Below, piece by piece: positions 45,075-54,839 of a stretch of 60,836 bases of DNA. The notes under the pieces were generated by a model, which saw only the letters and a program-made list of their open reading frames with translations, was not told where the DNA came from and did no database searches. The stretch comes from Ilumatobacteraceae bacterium (GTDB lineage: Bacteria > Actinomycetota > Acidimicrobiia > Acidimicrobiales > Ilumatobacteraceae). A program made the translations under genes and the position numbers. Location: assembly GCA_049454015.1 (NCBI GenBank), contig JBMTYA010000001.1:1-60836 (forward strand), given 5' to 3'. The stretch's first letter is position 1. The number at the start of each line of letters is the position of its first letter.

Positions 45075-47369
45075 ATGAACTCCAACGTCGACCGGCGCCC
45101 GAACGAAAGAAATTCTTTCATTGTTGCTGGGTTGGGGCTTGTCTTCACGGTTGCGCACGCGATTCTGCCTTCAGACACCGTTGGCACGGGTCTCTACGCC
45201 TTCGGCGCTCTCGTGCTCGTGGTAGCAGCAATTACTTCTGCCCGAGTCAATCACACCGACAAGCGAGTGTGGGGAGGTCTACTCGTCATCGCGGTACTTT
45301 CCGGAGCGTCGCAACTGCTCTCTGCGCCCGACCTCGGGTCGAATGCCCACTTTGCCGCTGAGACGCTCGCGCTTGCAGTCCAATTCGTCTTGGTCTCTGG
45401 GCTGCTCGTCGTCGCTCAACGCCGTATTGGCAGGGAGCCTTTCGGTGTTCTCGCCGACTCTTCGATTCTCGCGCTCGGTGCGTGGCTGGTCTGCTGGATC
45501 TTGTTGATAAGACCACTCATCGAAACGTCCACCGATGGAGTCGGCACCGTGACCATCCGCGGGATATCACTTTCGATTGGCGTAATTGTCCTTTTGGTTC
45601 TTGCAACATTGCTGTTTGGCGATGCCGAAAACGGTCCGGTCATCTGGCTCGCAACCACCGCGGTAGTTGCGTCTCTCTTCGGAGACGTGCTCTGGGCGGT
45701 GCACGATGCAAACCTCGCCTCAATTGATCCGGCTTTCCGAAATGCGCCATATATTCTTGCCCTCTTTGCCGCGTCAGCAACCCTGCTCCATCCGTCAGTA
45801 AGCAATCTCGTGGCGCAAGGCCCGTACCGCTCCGCGCAACCTCTTGCTTGGCGTCTTGTCATTGTCACGGCTGGTCTTGCAGTACCCATTGGTGTTTTTG
45901 CGCTGACCGATGCGGTCGACACCCGCGATCGAATCGTGCGGACCGTAGCAATCCTGGTGCTCTCTGGTGCCGTACTTCTGCGTGTCGCGTTAGCAGTTCG
46001 GGCGAACGCCGCCCTGCAGCAACGACTGATCACGAGTGCCCAGACAGACGCGCTCACCGGGCTTCCGAATCGAATTCTGATGCTCGAGCACGTCGACACC
46101 GCACTGCGTACTGCCTGGCGCGACGGACGTCAACCTTCGGTGTTGTTCATCGACGTAGATCGCTTCAAGAACATCAACGACAGTCTCGGTCACGCCGCCG
46201 GAGACGACGTTCTGATGGCAGTTGCCGAGCGACTCCGACTAGTGCTGCCCTCCTACTGCGTCGTCGGACGTATCGCTGGAGACGAGTTCGTCGTGCTTGA
46301 CCCACGTGCCAACGACCAAGGCGACGCCATGGTCCTTGCAGATCGCGTTCTCGAGTCGTTCCACGAGCCGCTCGCTCTCACCCAAGGCGATGTGTTCGTG
46401 TCGGCAAGCATTGGTGTCTCGACCTATAGGCCACTCGTCACCAACAGTGCCGACGATCTCTTACGACATGCTGACACGGCAATGTATCGTGCAAAAGAAA
46501 GTGGCCGGAACTGTGTTGCCATCTTTGATGAATCCATGCTCGAGAGCGTGACCCAGCGTCTCGCAGTGGAGACAGCTCTCTACAGGGCTCTCGAACGCCG
46601 CGAACTTCGGCTCGTGCATCAGCCGATCATCGACGTCAATCTCGGCGAAGTTGTCGGGTTCGAGGCATTGATGCGCTGGGATCGTGAAGACGGTTCCACG
46701 GTGTCGCCTGCAGAATTCATACCGATCGCAGAGGAGACCGGCACCATCGTGCCGATCGGCGCATGGGCGTTGCTCGAGGCACTCACCCACCTCAGTGAAT
46801 GGATCTCAGCGGGTTGGTGCCAGCGTGACGCAACGATGGCCGTCAATGTGTCTCCGAGACAGTTGAATGACCCAAACTTTGTCAATGTGGTGAGCGAGGC
46901 CCTTACTCGAGCCCACATTCCGGCACGTCAACTGTGGCTCGAGGTGACCGAGAACGTGATGATCTCGCAACCTGATCAGGCGTTTCTTGCCCTCAGCAAA
47001 CTCGGGGATCTCGGAGTTCGCGTCGCCATAGATGATTTCGGCACCGGTTATTCCTCGCTCTCGCTGCTTCAACGCTTCCCTATCCACCGCCTGAAGATCG
47101 ACCGCTCCTTTGTCGCCGGCGTCGCCGACAAGCCCGAAGCACGCGCCCTCGTACGCACCATCATCGCAATGTGTAATTCGCTCGGCCTTGACACGGTCGC
47201 TGAAGGAGTGGAGAGCGTTGCCCAACTCCACGCACTCGGCGAGCTTCACTGCGCAAAAGCACAGGGTTACCTGATTAGCCACCCGGTGCCTCCGGAGCAG
47301 ATGGCAAGCACGATCGCTCTATTGAACGACGTCGGCTCCTGGCCTCGCATCCGAGGCCCGCGCAACTAA
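45075..47369 (+). CDS. Polytopic membrane GGDEF-EAL protein (c-di-GMP turnover)
   Basis: 764 aa. About 9 N-terminal TM helices are followed by a GGDEF domain (DALTGLPNR, RIAGDEFVV, so the signature is AGDEF) and an EAL domain with catalytic motifs intact (FEALMRW, VNVSPRQL, LEVTE, DDFGTGYSSL, LKIDRSF, AEGVES, QGYL). Confidence 0.9.
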   Translation: MNSNVDRRPNERNSFIVAGLGLVFTVAHAILPSDTVGTGLYAFGALVLVVAAITSARVNHTDKRVWGGLLVIAVLSGASQLLSAPDLGSNAHFAAETLALAVQFVLVSGLLVVAQRRIGREPFGVLADSSILALGAWLVCWILLIRPLIETSTDGVGTVTIRGISLSIGVIVLLVLATLLFGDAENGPVIWLATTAVVASLFGDVLWAVHDANLASIDPAFRNAPYILALFAASATLLHPSVSNLVAQGPYRSAQPLAWRLVIVTAGLAVPIGVFALTDAVDTRDRIVRTVAILVLSGAVLLRVALAVRANAALQQRLITSAQTDALTGLPNRILMLEHVDTALRTAWRDGRQPSVLFIDVDRFKNINDSLGHAAGDDVLMAVAERLRLVLPSYCVVGRIAGDEFVVLDPRANDQGDAMVLADRVLESFHEPLALTQGDVFVSASIGVSTYRPLVTNSADDLLRHADTAMYRAKESGRNCVAIFDESMLESVTQRLAVETALYRALERRELRLVHQPIIDVNLGEVVGFEALMRWDREDGSTVSPAEFIPIAEETGTIVPIGAWALLEALTHLSEWISAGWCQRDATMAVNVSPRQLNDPNFVNVVSEALTRAHIPARQLWLEVTENVMISQPDQAFLALSKLGDLGVRVAIDDFGTGYSSLSLLQRFPIHRLKIDRSFVAGVADKPEARALVRTIIAMCNSLGLDTVAEGVESVAQLHALGELHCAKAQGYLISHPVPPEQMASTIALLNDVGSWPRIRGPRN

Positions 47370-47384
47370 CGAATTCGAAGCACC

Positions 47385-48803
47385 TCAAACGCCCGTGAAT
47401 CGGGCAGCTTTTTTCAACTCTCGCCATGTGTGGACAGCCTGCTCGCGCTTGCAGACGGCCCCGACGTAACCGTCGGGACGCACAAAGACCACCTCGTCGC
47501 TGAGCAGCACCCCTGGATCGGCGACCACACCTCGGAGAATCGGGTCTCCATCAAGCTCAGCGAGGCTCGCATGGGTGACAACGGAGAACGAACCGACCGT
47601 CTCTGGCGGCAATACCTCCATCGCGCCGAAAGGAGCACCGACCCCAGCTCCCCCTTCGATGAGCGCACCAGTAGTAAAGGCAAGCGACCGCCGTGATCCT
47701 CCGTATCCGGCTTCGGATGACACCCCGTGGCTAGTCCGGCCGGCTAACTGATCAATGAGGCGACCGGTTTCGACTGACTCCGCAACCGTCCCGCGAGCAT
47801 GCGGTAGGCGTTCGGCCGAATAGGTGTCGAGCAATCCCTCTTCAGCGACACCACGTGCGACGAATGACAACTTCCAAGCAAGATTGAATGCGTCGCGCAT
47901 CCCGCTGTTCAGCCCCTGCCCCATAAACGGCGGCATCTGGTGAGCAGCGTCGCCCGCGATGAAGACGTTGCCTGTACGCATCGTGGTTGCCACGACAGCA
48001 TGAAAGCGATACGTCGCCGACCGGATAACCGTGGCACGGCTTGGCGATATCCATCGCGAGAGCAGTTTCCACACATGTTCTTCGGAGCGCATAAGAGCAG
48101 GCACTTCGCCCGGTTGGAGTTGAAATTCGAATCGGTAATAGTCCCGATGCCCGCTCACCAAGGTTGTCGGTCGCAGCGGATCACACACTTGGCGCGTGAC
48201 GTCTGGCAAACCGCTGGAAGCCTTGTCAGGAACCAACAGATCAACTACAAGCCAGTCCTGGTCGAAACCGAGATCCTCTAGTGGAATACCGGCAGATTTG
48301 CGCACGAAACTCGAAGCACCGTCGCAACCAACCAAGAATCGACTATCAATGACTGTGTCGTCATCGCAAGAAATACTGACTGAGGAGCCATCGTCGTGCA
48401 GGCTCGTGGCACTGACCCCCTTGCGTATCGAGGCTCCTCGGCGCTCGGCTTCCTCGCGGAGCATTACTTCAAGTTCAGGTTGATAGTGACGACTCACCGC
48501 GGGAACCCCGAACAACTTGATTCCGTCAAGATCAATACCCATGAGACGTGTCCCCGCCGCATCCACGAAGTCGGCAGCCAACATCGGAGTAAGGCGCTCC
48601 GCCAATGCAGACCCGAGGCCTTGACGCATCAAGCTTCGGTGCATCTCTGCATCCATCACAATTGCCCGCGGCAGCGGGAAGGGCTCGGGCTCGCGCTCAA
48701 CGACCACATTTTCGAGACCCAGATTCGACAACGCAATCGAAAGCGTTATCCCGACAGGACCGCCTCCGACAATGACAACGTCCGTTTTCAGGGCAGTCTT
48801 CAC
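47385..48803 (-). CDS. FAD-dependent aromatic-ring monooxygenase (MhpA/PheA-like)
   Basis: 472 aa with the dinucleotide fold DVVIVGGGPVGITLS, LVGCDGASS and FIAGDAAHQMPPFMGQGLNSG. Confidence 0.85.
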   Translation of the reverse strand: MKTALKTDVVIVGGGPVGITLSIALSNLGLENVVVEREPEPFPLPRAIVMDAEMHRSLMRQGLGSALAERLTPMLAADFVDAAGTRLMGIDLDGIKLFGVPAVSRHYQPELEVMLREEAERRGASIRKGVSATSLHDDGSSVSISCDDDTVIDSRFLVGCDGASSFVRKSAGIPLEDLGFDQDWLVVDLLVPDKASSGLPDVTRQVCDPLRPTTLVSGHRDYYRFEFQLQPGEVPALMRSEEHVWKLLSRWISPSRATVIRSATYRFHAVVATTMRTGNVFIAGDAAHQMPPFMGQGLNSGMRDAFNLAWKLSFVARGVAEEGLLDTYSAERLPHARGTVAESVETGRLIDQLAGRTSHGVSSEAGYGGSRRSLAFTTGALIEGGAGVGAPFGAMEVLPPETVGSFSVVTHASLAELDGDPILRGVVADPGVLLSDEVVFVRPDGYVGAVCKREQAVHTWRELKKAARFTGV

Positions 48804-48850
48804 ACTGTCTTCACTTCGGTCTTCACCTCGGAATTCGTGCAGCGCAACTA

Positions 48851-49381
48851 CTACTTGTTTGCGACATAGCCGGGGTACCGAACAATTGATTCTTCGTTCT
48901 CCCCGGACTCAAAACGCGAGATCAACGCCTCGAAATCGACGTCTACGCCAATGGGATTTGCGGCAAACACCGGCGAGTTCATGAAATCGTCGGCGATTTC
49001 GGGCGTCATCGCATCGATTTGCAGTTCAACCTGGTTGCCGTCTGGGTCTCGGTAATACGCCGAGAAGTTCATTCCATGATTGATGGTCCAGTACGGCTCA
49101 ATACCAGTTGCCTTCAATTCTTTGTACTTGTCAAACAAATCCGCGAGAGATGCAAACGTGAAGGCAAAGTGCTCCACCCCGCTCAAACCATCGTCGCGCT
49201 CCTTCAAATGCGGCAATTTGACAATCGCCATGCGATGGTGCTCGTCATCGTAAGAAAGGAACGAGATGAAGTCGTTGCCGTACCGAACCTGCGCAGATAG
49301 CACTTTCTTCCACCACGAGAGCATCTCTTCATAACGAGTGGTCTTCAGCACTACGTGCGCAAACTTGATTGGCCGTTTCAT
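48851..49381 (-). CDS. VOC-family protein (small extradiol dioxygenase/glyoxalase-like)
   Basis: 176 aa with FAHVVLKT...HHRMAIV...GVEHFAFTF...DPDGNQVELQ, the pattern typical of vicinal-oxygen-chelate folds. Confidence 0.72.
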   Translation of the reverse strand: MKRPIKFAHVVLKTTRYEEMLSWWKKVLSAQVRYGNDFISFLSYDDEHHRMAIVKLPHLKERDDGLSGVEHFAFTFASLADLFDKYKELKATGIEPYWTINHGMNFSAYYRDPDGNQVELQIDAMTPEIADDFMNSPVFAANPIGVDVDFEALISRFESGENEESIVRYPGYVANK

Positions 49382-49477
49382 GGCTATTCCCGACTCCCCC
49401 GACTGTTCATTTCAGAATAGGCTCTCCGCTGGCGGCAGACGAATTTTGCACCACTAACAGAAAGGCGGGGTCCGACG

Positions 49478-50320
49478 ATGCAACTGCGATTCGGCGTGGT
49501 AGGTGGACGTGCGGTGCTCGTCCACCCGGACGGTTCGCGAGTCTCTGATCTGGAGACCGTGAGCAATGGAACCTTCTCCAGTAATCCGATGGATTCGTTT
49601 TCTCGCTGGTCTGAACTCCGTTTGTTTGCAGCCAGCTGCTCCGACGCTGGGAAGACCGTAACGCCCGAGCAATTTGATGCTCCATCTCCTACGGCTCGCC
49701 AGGTGATCGGCATCGGTCTCAACTACCGCGAGCATGCGAAGGAAACGGGTGCGCCAATCCCAGACTCCCCGCTGACCTTCACCAAGTTTTCCTCGTCCAT
49801 CAACCGACCGCACGGAGACATTGCCGTCAACGTGCCAACTTGCGACTGGGAAGTGGAGCTCGTCGTAGTGGTCGGCAAAGGTGGTCGCGACATCTCGCGT
49901 GATTCTGCTTGGGATTCGGTCGCGGGTCTGTGTGTCGGTCAAGACATCAGCGACAGGCTTTTGCAGCGCGCAACCCAGCCTCCGCAATTCAACCTCGGCA
50001 AGAGTCGAGCGGGTTACACACCGTTCGGGCCATGGCTCGTCGACGCCCACATCGTCGCGGGCCGCGACGATCTTGAGATTGCGTGTTCCGTAAACGGTGT
50101 GGAGAAACAGCGAAGCAGGACGAGTGATCTCATTTTCGACGTGCCAGATCTAGTTGCCTACCTCTCCACCATCATTGAGTTACTGCCAGGCGACGTAATC
50201 TTCACCGGAACACCAAGCGGCGTTGGCGGGGCACGAAAGCCACCTGAGTTCCTCAAGCCTGGAGATGTGATCGTCTCCACCATTGAAGGCGTGGGAACCA
50301 TCACCAACCGCTGCGTTTAA
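49478..50320 (+). CDS. Fumarylacetoacetate hydrolase (FAH) family protein
   Basis: 280 aa with IGIGLNYREHAKE, WEVELVVVVGK and a C-terminal GDVIFTGTPSGVG...LKPGDV. Confidence 0.85.
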   Translation: MQLRFGVVGGRAVLVHPDGSRVSDLETVSNGTFSSNPMDSFSRWSELRLFAASCSDAGKTVTPEQFDAPSPTARQVIGIGLNYREHAKETGAPIPDSPLTFTKFSSSINRPHGDIAVNVPTCDWEVELVVVVGKGGRDISRDSAWDSVAGLCVGQDISDRLLQRATQPPQFNLGKSRAGYTPFGPWLVDAHIVAGRDDLEIACSVNGVEKQRSRTSDLIFDVPDLVAYLSTIIELLPGDVIFTGTPSGVGGARKPPEFLKPGDVIVSTIEGVGTITNRCV

Positions 50321-50911
50321 TCAACACCCGTCAATACTTGCCACATATGTCGCTTCGACATCATTTCCTTTCGTAAACAGAGTGACGCAATACTTCACTC
50401 CGTTGCCGTCAATATGCGGATCGGTGTCACCTTTGGTCAGCTCCTCTGACGGTTGATTTACGAATCTCAAATCTCGAATTGTTCCGTCGCTATACGACAC
50501 TCGGCACTCCTCGACTGGTCCACCTTCTACACAGACCACACCTTGGGGAATCGCACCAGAGTCAAGCGTTGTCGCGGTCGGTTCTGCGGAAGCTCCGCTA
50601 CCAGTGACAGCCGCACCGCAAGCACCCGCCTGATAAGTGGCAGTGACGTTTTGGTAAAGCGTCACGCAGTATTCATTGCCCAAGTCATCGCGTGTCGTCA
50701 CCTCGTCGAGCACAGTCTGACCTGGAGCAGGCACCTTCACGAAGACGATGTTGCGCGCTTTCCCATCACTGAACTTCGCTTTGCAGGCAAAAATCGACTG
50801 GTCTTCACCACAATTAAGCGTTTCCGCCTTCGGTACTGAACAAGCCGACATCGCGACCACGAGCAAGGCGAAGACGACCACTCTCCGCATGCACACGATC
50901 GTAGTTCGCAA
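50321..50911 (-). CDS. Secreted lipoprotein with two tandem 4-Cys repeats (unknown family)
   Basis: 196 aa with signal peptide and lipobox VVAMSAC. Two internal repeats share C-x8-C-x38-C spacing and FSDG/YSDG and YCVTL motifs. The alternative start at M8 is 50890. GC is lower by eye. Confidence 0.62.
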   Translation of the reverse strand: MRTTIVCMRRVVVFALLVVAMSACSVPKAETLNCGEDQSIFACKAKFSDGKARNIVFVKVPAPGQTVLDEVTTRDDLGNEYCVTLYQNVTATYQAGACGAAVTGSGASAEPTATTLDSGAIPQGVVCVEGGPVEECRVSYSDGTIRDLRFVNQPSEELTKGDTDPHIDGNGVKYCVTLFTKGNDVEATYVASIDGC

Positions 50912-50916
50912 GTTTG

Positions 50917-51705
50917 CTAGACGAGTGACGCCTTCAGCTCGGCAGTCAGCGTTGCGAATTCGGCACGTTCGGCAGGCGTAAGCGAACGCTCATAGATCGC
51001 ACTCATCAGCTTGGAGGTCGTCTCTTCGGCACGAGCTCGGTTGTCCTTCAGGTGCGAAACATCTGCATACGGTTCCTGGTATCCGTGCAATTTCGCAAAG
51101 AACTCCCCGTTCTCCGAAGCGAGCACCGCTTCCCTACCGTTCAAGCCCTCGGCAACAACAGCATTGATGTGTAGGCAACCACGCAGTTCGCGGAGCCACG
51201 TGACGAGGCGATACGACCGCGCGTGAGCATCGGTAGGCAGTGGCTCAGCGCGAAGACCCGCAAACAGCGACAGACCGACTGGATCAACAGATGCGACCAC
51301 TTTCTCAGCAAGTTCGTTAAAGCGATTTGCATTGGCGAACTTTGCAAGATGCGCCTTGCCCCAGGTATCTGCTGCGCCGGCATATCGTGTGCCCGCCTTG
51401 CGTGCCCCTTCCACCGCCACACCGCGCTCCCACATCTTGCGCACGATTCCCTGGTCGAAAAACATGAACGCGGCGTGAATCACATCTGCGTCCACGTCAC
51501 CCAACACACCTCCGCGACCAGCAAAATAAAACGAAAATCCGTCGGAATACCCAGCCGCCTTGCCGATTTCTGCGGTCGCTGGATCGAGCATGTACTTGCT
51601 ACCGATGTCACCAAACACTGGGCTTACGGCATCAGAGAGGGCACGGGATGTCATGGATGAGCTCATGGTCGCAACACTAGACGCGAGTTGCGTAACAAAC
51701 CCCAT
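50917..51705 (-). CDS. Hypothetical protein
   Basis: 262-aa ORF, soluble and helical in composition. I could not assign a family with confidence. In-frame alternative starts lie at M14 and M18. Confidence 0.5.
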   Translation of the reverse strand: MGFVTQLASSVATMSSSMTSRALSDAVSPVFGDIGSKYMLDPATAEIGKAAGYSDGFSFYFAGRGGVLGDVDADVIHAAFMFFDQGIVRKMWERGVAVEGARKAGTRYAGAADTWGKAHLAKFANANRFNELAEKVVASVDPVGLSLFAGLRAEPLPTDAHARSYRLVTWLRELRGCLHINAVVAEGLNGREAVLASENGEFFAKLHGYQEPYADVSHLKDNRARAEETTSKLMSAIYERSLTPAERAEFATLTAELKASLV

Positions 51706-51737
51706 TGCTCAATGAACTACCATGATGCGTGCTATAG

Positions 51738-51921
51738 CCGTCTCGGGAGAGTGATCCGCACAGCCAGCGTGGAGTCACACCGAAGGAGCAACCGCCCCGG
51801 AACCTCTCAGGTACCCGAACCGAGTCGGCTGGCAACGCTGGAAAGCGAGGAGATCGACGTCTCCTCCACCGACGGGGAAACGCGGTTCGCCGCGGAAGCT
51901 CTCAGGTGCGAAAGACAGCGG
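51738..51921 (+). promoter_or_regulatory. Tandem glycine riboswitch (two aptamers) in the gcvP leader
   Basis: Aptamer 1 reads CGGGAGAG...CACCGAAGGAGCAA...CTCTCAGGTACCCGAACCGAG. Aptamer 2 reads CTGGAAAG...CACCGACGGGGAAA...CTCTCAGGTGCGAAAGACAG. It is followed by hairpin 51923-51950, an AAGAGG SD and the ATG at 51975. Confidence 0.85.
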
Positions 51922-51974
51922 GGGTGGCAGGACGAATTTGTCGTGCCACCAACCAAGTCGCACCAAGAGGCATC

Positions 51975-54830
51975 ATGAACTTCGAATCGCGCCACATCGG
52001 TCCATCAACATCCGAATCGCTTCACATCGCGCGAGCGCTTGGCTACGCCTCAAACGAGGAACTTTTGCGTGCAGTCGTGCCCGCCGGAATCCTAGTCAAT
52101 GACCAACTCGACTTGCGACCTGCAATGTCAGAACACGAGGTGCTCGACGAACTGCGCACCATCGCTACCGAAAACGTCGTGCGCCGTTGCGCAATCGGGA
52201 CCGGCTACTACCCGACGATCACTCCACCGGTGATTCTTCGCAACGTGTTAGAGAATCCTGCTTGGTATACCGCTTATACGCCGTACCAGCCGGAGATTAG
52301 TCAGGGGCGGCTCGAAGCCCTACTGAATTTCCAGACGGTCATTACCGAAATCACTGGTCTCGACATCGCTAATGCCTCGCTGCTCGATGAATCGACTGCC
52401 ATCGCGGAGGCAGTCACCATGGCACGCCGAACCGCAAAGAACAACAGCCGCATCGTCGCCGTGCACGATGACACGCATCCACAGCACCTAAGCGTTTTGC
52501 GAGCACGTTGCAAGCCGGTCGGCATCAGCGTCGAGATACAGCCCATTGATCGATTGTCCTCAGTTGACGCCTTCTGCGTTGTCGTATCTCGCCCGTCCTC
52601 AAGCGGTCTCATCGCCGACGACGATACGACTCGCCGAGTGGTGCAGTCTGCTCACTCAGGCGGAGCCATTGCGGTGTGTGTGACTGATCCACTCGCCAGC
52701 ACCATCCTCACCACGCCGGCATCGCTCGGGTTCGACATCGCCGTAGGCAGCGCACAAAGATTCGGGGTTCCAATGGGAGGAGGCGGCCCACATGCCGCGT
52801 ATCTCGCAGCAACCGAGCAGTTCGCACGGTCGCTTCCTGGACGGCTCGTTGGCGTAAGCACCGACACCGCAGGCCGTCCGGCTCTCCGACTTGCGTTGCA
52901 GACCCGCGAGCAACACATCCGCCGCGAGAAGGCGACGTCCAATATCTGCACTGCGCAGGCGTTGTTGGCGAACATTGCTGGGTTCTATGCCGCGTGGCAC
53001 GGTCGTGATGGTCTACAAGCCATCGCGAGGCGCATCAGCGGATTTACTCAGGCTTCAGTGGCTTTACTGCGCAACGCCCGCATCGGCAGTATCGCCGAAG
53101 GGTCACGTTTCGACACGGTGACCGTAACGGGCGTTGACGCCAAGTCGGTACATCTTGCCGCACTCAGACGAAACATCGTCATGCGACATGTCGACGAGAC
53201 GACCGTTGCATTCAGCTGTGATGAGACGACTGACGCCCGCATGATTGTCGACATCGTCGGCTCGTTCGGCGTAGCGACGAACGTCGATGACGTTTCCGAG
53301 CGAACCATGATGCTCGGTGTCGTCGACTCGATGCTGCGAAGTGATGATTTCCTCTCCCAAGCGGTCTTCCGTCGACACCGTACCGAAACCGAGATGCTGC
53401 GCTATCTTCGCCGCCTCGCAGACAAAGATCTCGCACTTGACCGCACCATGATTCCCCTCGGGTCGTGCACGATGAAGTTGAACGCCACAACGGAAATGAT
53501 CCCCGTCACATGGCCAGAGTTCGCCAACATTCACCCGCACCAGCCAGTCGAAGACCTGAAGGGTTATCGACGGCTCGTGCACGATGTCGAGCAGATGATG
53601 TGTGCCGTGACCGGATATGACGCCGTCAGCCTGCAACCCAACGCCGGAAGCCAGGGAGAGTTTGCTGGCCTGCTCGCGATTCGGGCCTATCACGAAAGTC
53701 GAGGTGACCATCAGCGGACCATCTGCCTCATTCCTTCGAGTGCGCATGGCACCAATGCGGCTAGTGCCGTGATGGCAGGCATGGACGTCGTCGTGGTCGC
53801 CTGCGATGACGACGGAAACGTTGACCTAGCCGACTTGCGATTGAAGTGCGAGAAGGCTGGCAATCGGCTTGCAGCACTTATGATCACGTATCCCTCGACG
53901 CACGGCGTTTTTGAAACCGCAGTCGGCGAGATTTGCAATATCGTTCACGACCACGGTGGGCAGGTCTACGTAGACGGCGCAAACCTGAATGCGTTGGTCG
54001 GTGTCGCCAAGCCCGGCCTCTTTGGCGCTGACGTGAGTCACTTGAATCTCCACAAGACGTTCTGTATCCCGCACGGCGGAGGTGGACCTGGGGTCGGGCC
54101 AGTCGCAGTCAGGCACCATTTGTCAGCATTCCTCCCTGGCGATCCACTTGATGCGCGCCACGTTGTCGGGGAAGGTGGTGCTGCGGTTGGCCCGGTCTCG
54201 TCTGCGGTCTTTGGCTCTGCAGGCATTCTTCCCATCTCCTGGGTATACGTGCGAATGATGGGTCCTGACGGGCTTCGTCGCGCGACCGTGCAGGCCATTG
54301 CCAGCGCAAATTACGTGTCGCACCGGCTACGGGATCACTTCCCCACGTTGTATACCGGTTCGGCCGGTTTGGTCGCGCACGAGTGCATCCTCGATCTTCG
54401 TGACATCACCAAGCGCACGGGTGTATCCGTCGACGACGTCGCCAAACGTCTCATGGATTACGGATTCCACGCTCCGACTATGAGTTTCCCCGTCGGTGGC
54501 ACCCTGATGGTCGAGCCGACAGAGAGCGAGTCGCTCGTCGAACTCGACCGCTTCTGCGAAGCAATGATCGCGATCCGAGGCGAGATTGCGCGAGTTGAGG
54601 CCGGCGAGTGGTCGGCTGAGGCATCACCGCTGCGGCATGCTCCACATACGGTGCAAGATGTAACTGGTGAGTGGAACCGACAGTACGACAGGTCACTCGC
54701 ATTGTTCCCGCTCCCAAGCCTTCGTGGACGCGGCTACTTTCCCCCGGTGTCCCGCATTGATGCGGCACACGGCGATCGCAATCTGGTCTGCTCCTGCGAG
54801 CCACTCGAAGCCTTGGCGAGCACCAACTAA
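51975..54830 (+). CDS. gcvP: Glycine dehydrogenase (decarboxylating), single-chain P protein
   Basis: I trimmed to [10 protein letters not shown] (ATG 51975, SD AAGAGG); the track start 51906 lies inside the riboswitch. Motifs include [20 protein letters not shown] and the PLP-Lys region [16 protein letters not shown]. Confidence 0.95.
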   Translation: MNFESRHIGPSTSESLHIARALGYASNEELLRAVVPAGILVNDQLDLRPAMSEHEVLDELRTIATENVVRRCAIGTGYYPTITPPVILRNVLENPAWYTAYTPYQPEISQGRLEALLNFQTVITEITGLDIANASLLDESTAIAEAVTMARRTAKNNSRIVAVHDDTHPQHLSVLRARCKPVGISVEIQPIDRLSSVDAFCVVVSRPSSSGLIADDDTTRRVVQSAHSGGAIAVCVTDPLASTILTTPASLGFDIAVGSAQRFGVPMGGGGPHAAYLAATEQFARSLPGRLVGVSTDTAGRPALRLALQTREQHIRREKATSNICTAQALLANIAGFYAAWHGRDGLQAIARRISGFTQASVALLRNARIGSIAEGSRFDTVTVTGVDAKSVHLAALRRNIVMRHVDETTVAFSCDETTDARMIVDIVGSFGVATNVDDVSERTMMLGVVDSMLRSDDFLSQAVFRRHRTETEMLRYLRRLADKDLALDRTMIPLGSCTMKLNATTEMIPVTWPEFANIHPHQPVEDLKGYRRLVHDVEQMMCAVTGYDAVSLQPNAGSQGEFAGLLAIRAYHESRGDHQRTICLIPSSAHGTNAASAVMAGMDVVVVACDDDGNVDLADLRLKCEKAGNRLAALMITYPSTHGVFETAVGEICNIVHDHGGQVYVDGANLNALVGVAKPGLFGADVSHLNLHKTFCIPHGGGGPGVGPVAVRHHLSAFLPGDPLDARHVVGEGGAAVGPVSSAVFGSAGILPISWVYVRMMGPDGLRRATVQAIASANYVSHRLRDHFPTLYTGSAGLVAHECILDLRDITKRTGVSVDDVAKRLMDYGFHAPTMSFPVGGTLMVEPTESESLVELDRFCEAMIAIRGEIARVEAGEWSAEASPLRHAPHTVQDVTGEWNRQYDRSLALFPLPSLRGRGYFPPVSRIDAAHGDRNLVCSCEPLEALASTN

Positions 54831-54839
54831 AGTTGAGGC

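Noticed and set aside
51923-51950. Hairpin after the glycine riboswitch, considered as an intrinsic terminator
   Set aside because: The stem GGTGGCA/TGCCACC is followed by AACCAAGTCG, with no U-tract. I treat it as part of the expression platform, not as a terminator.
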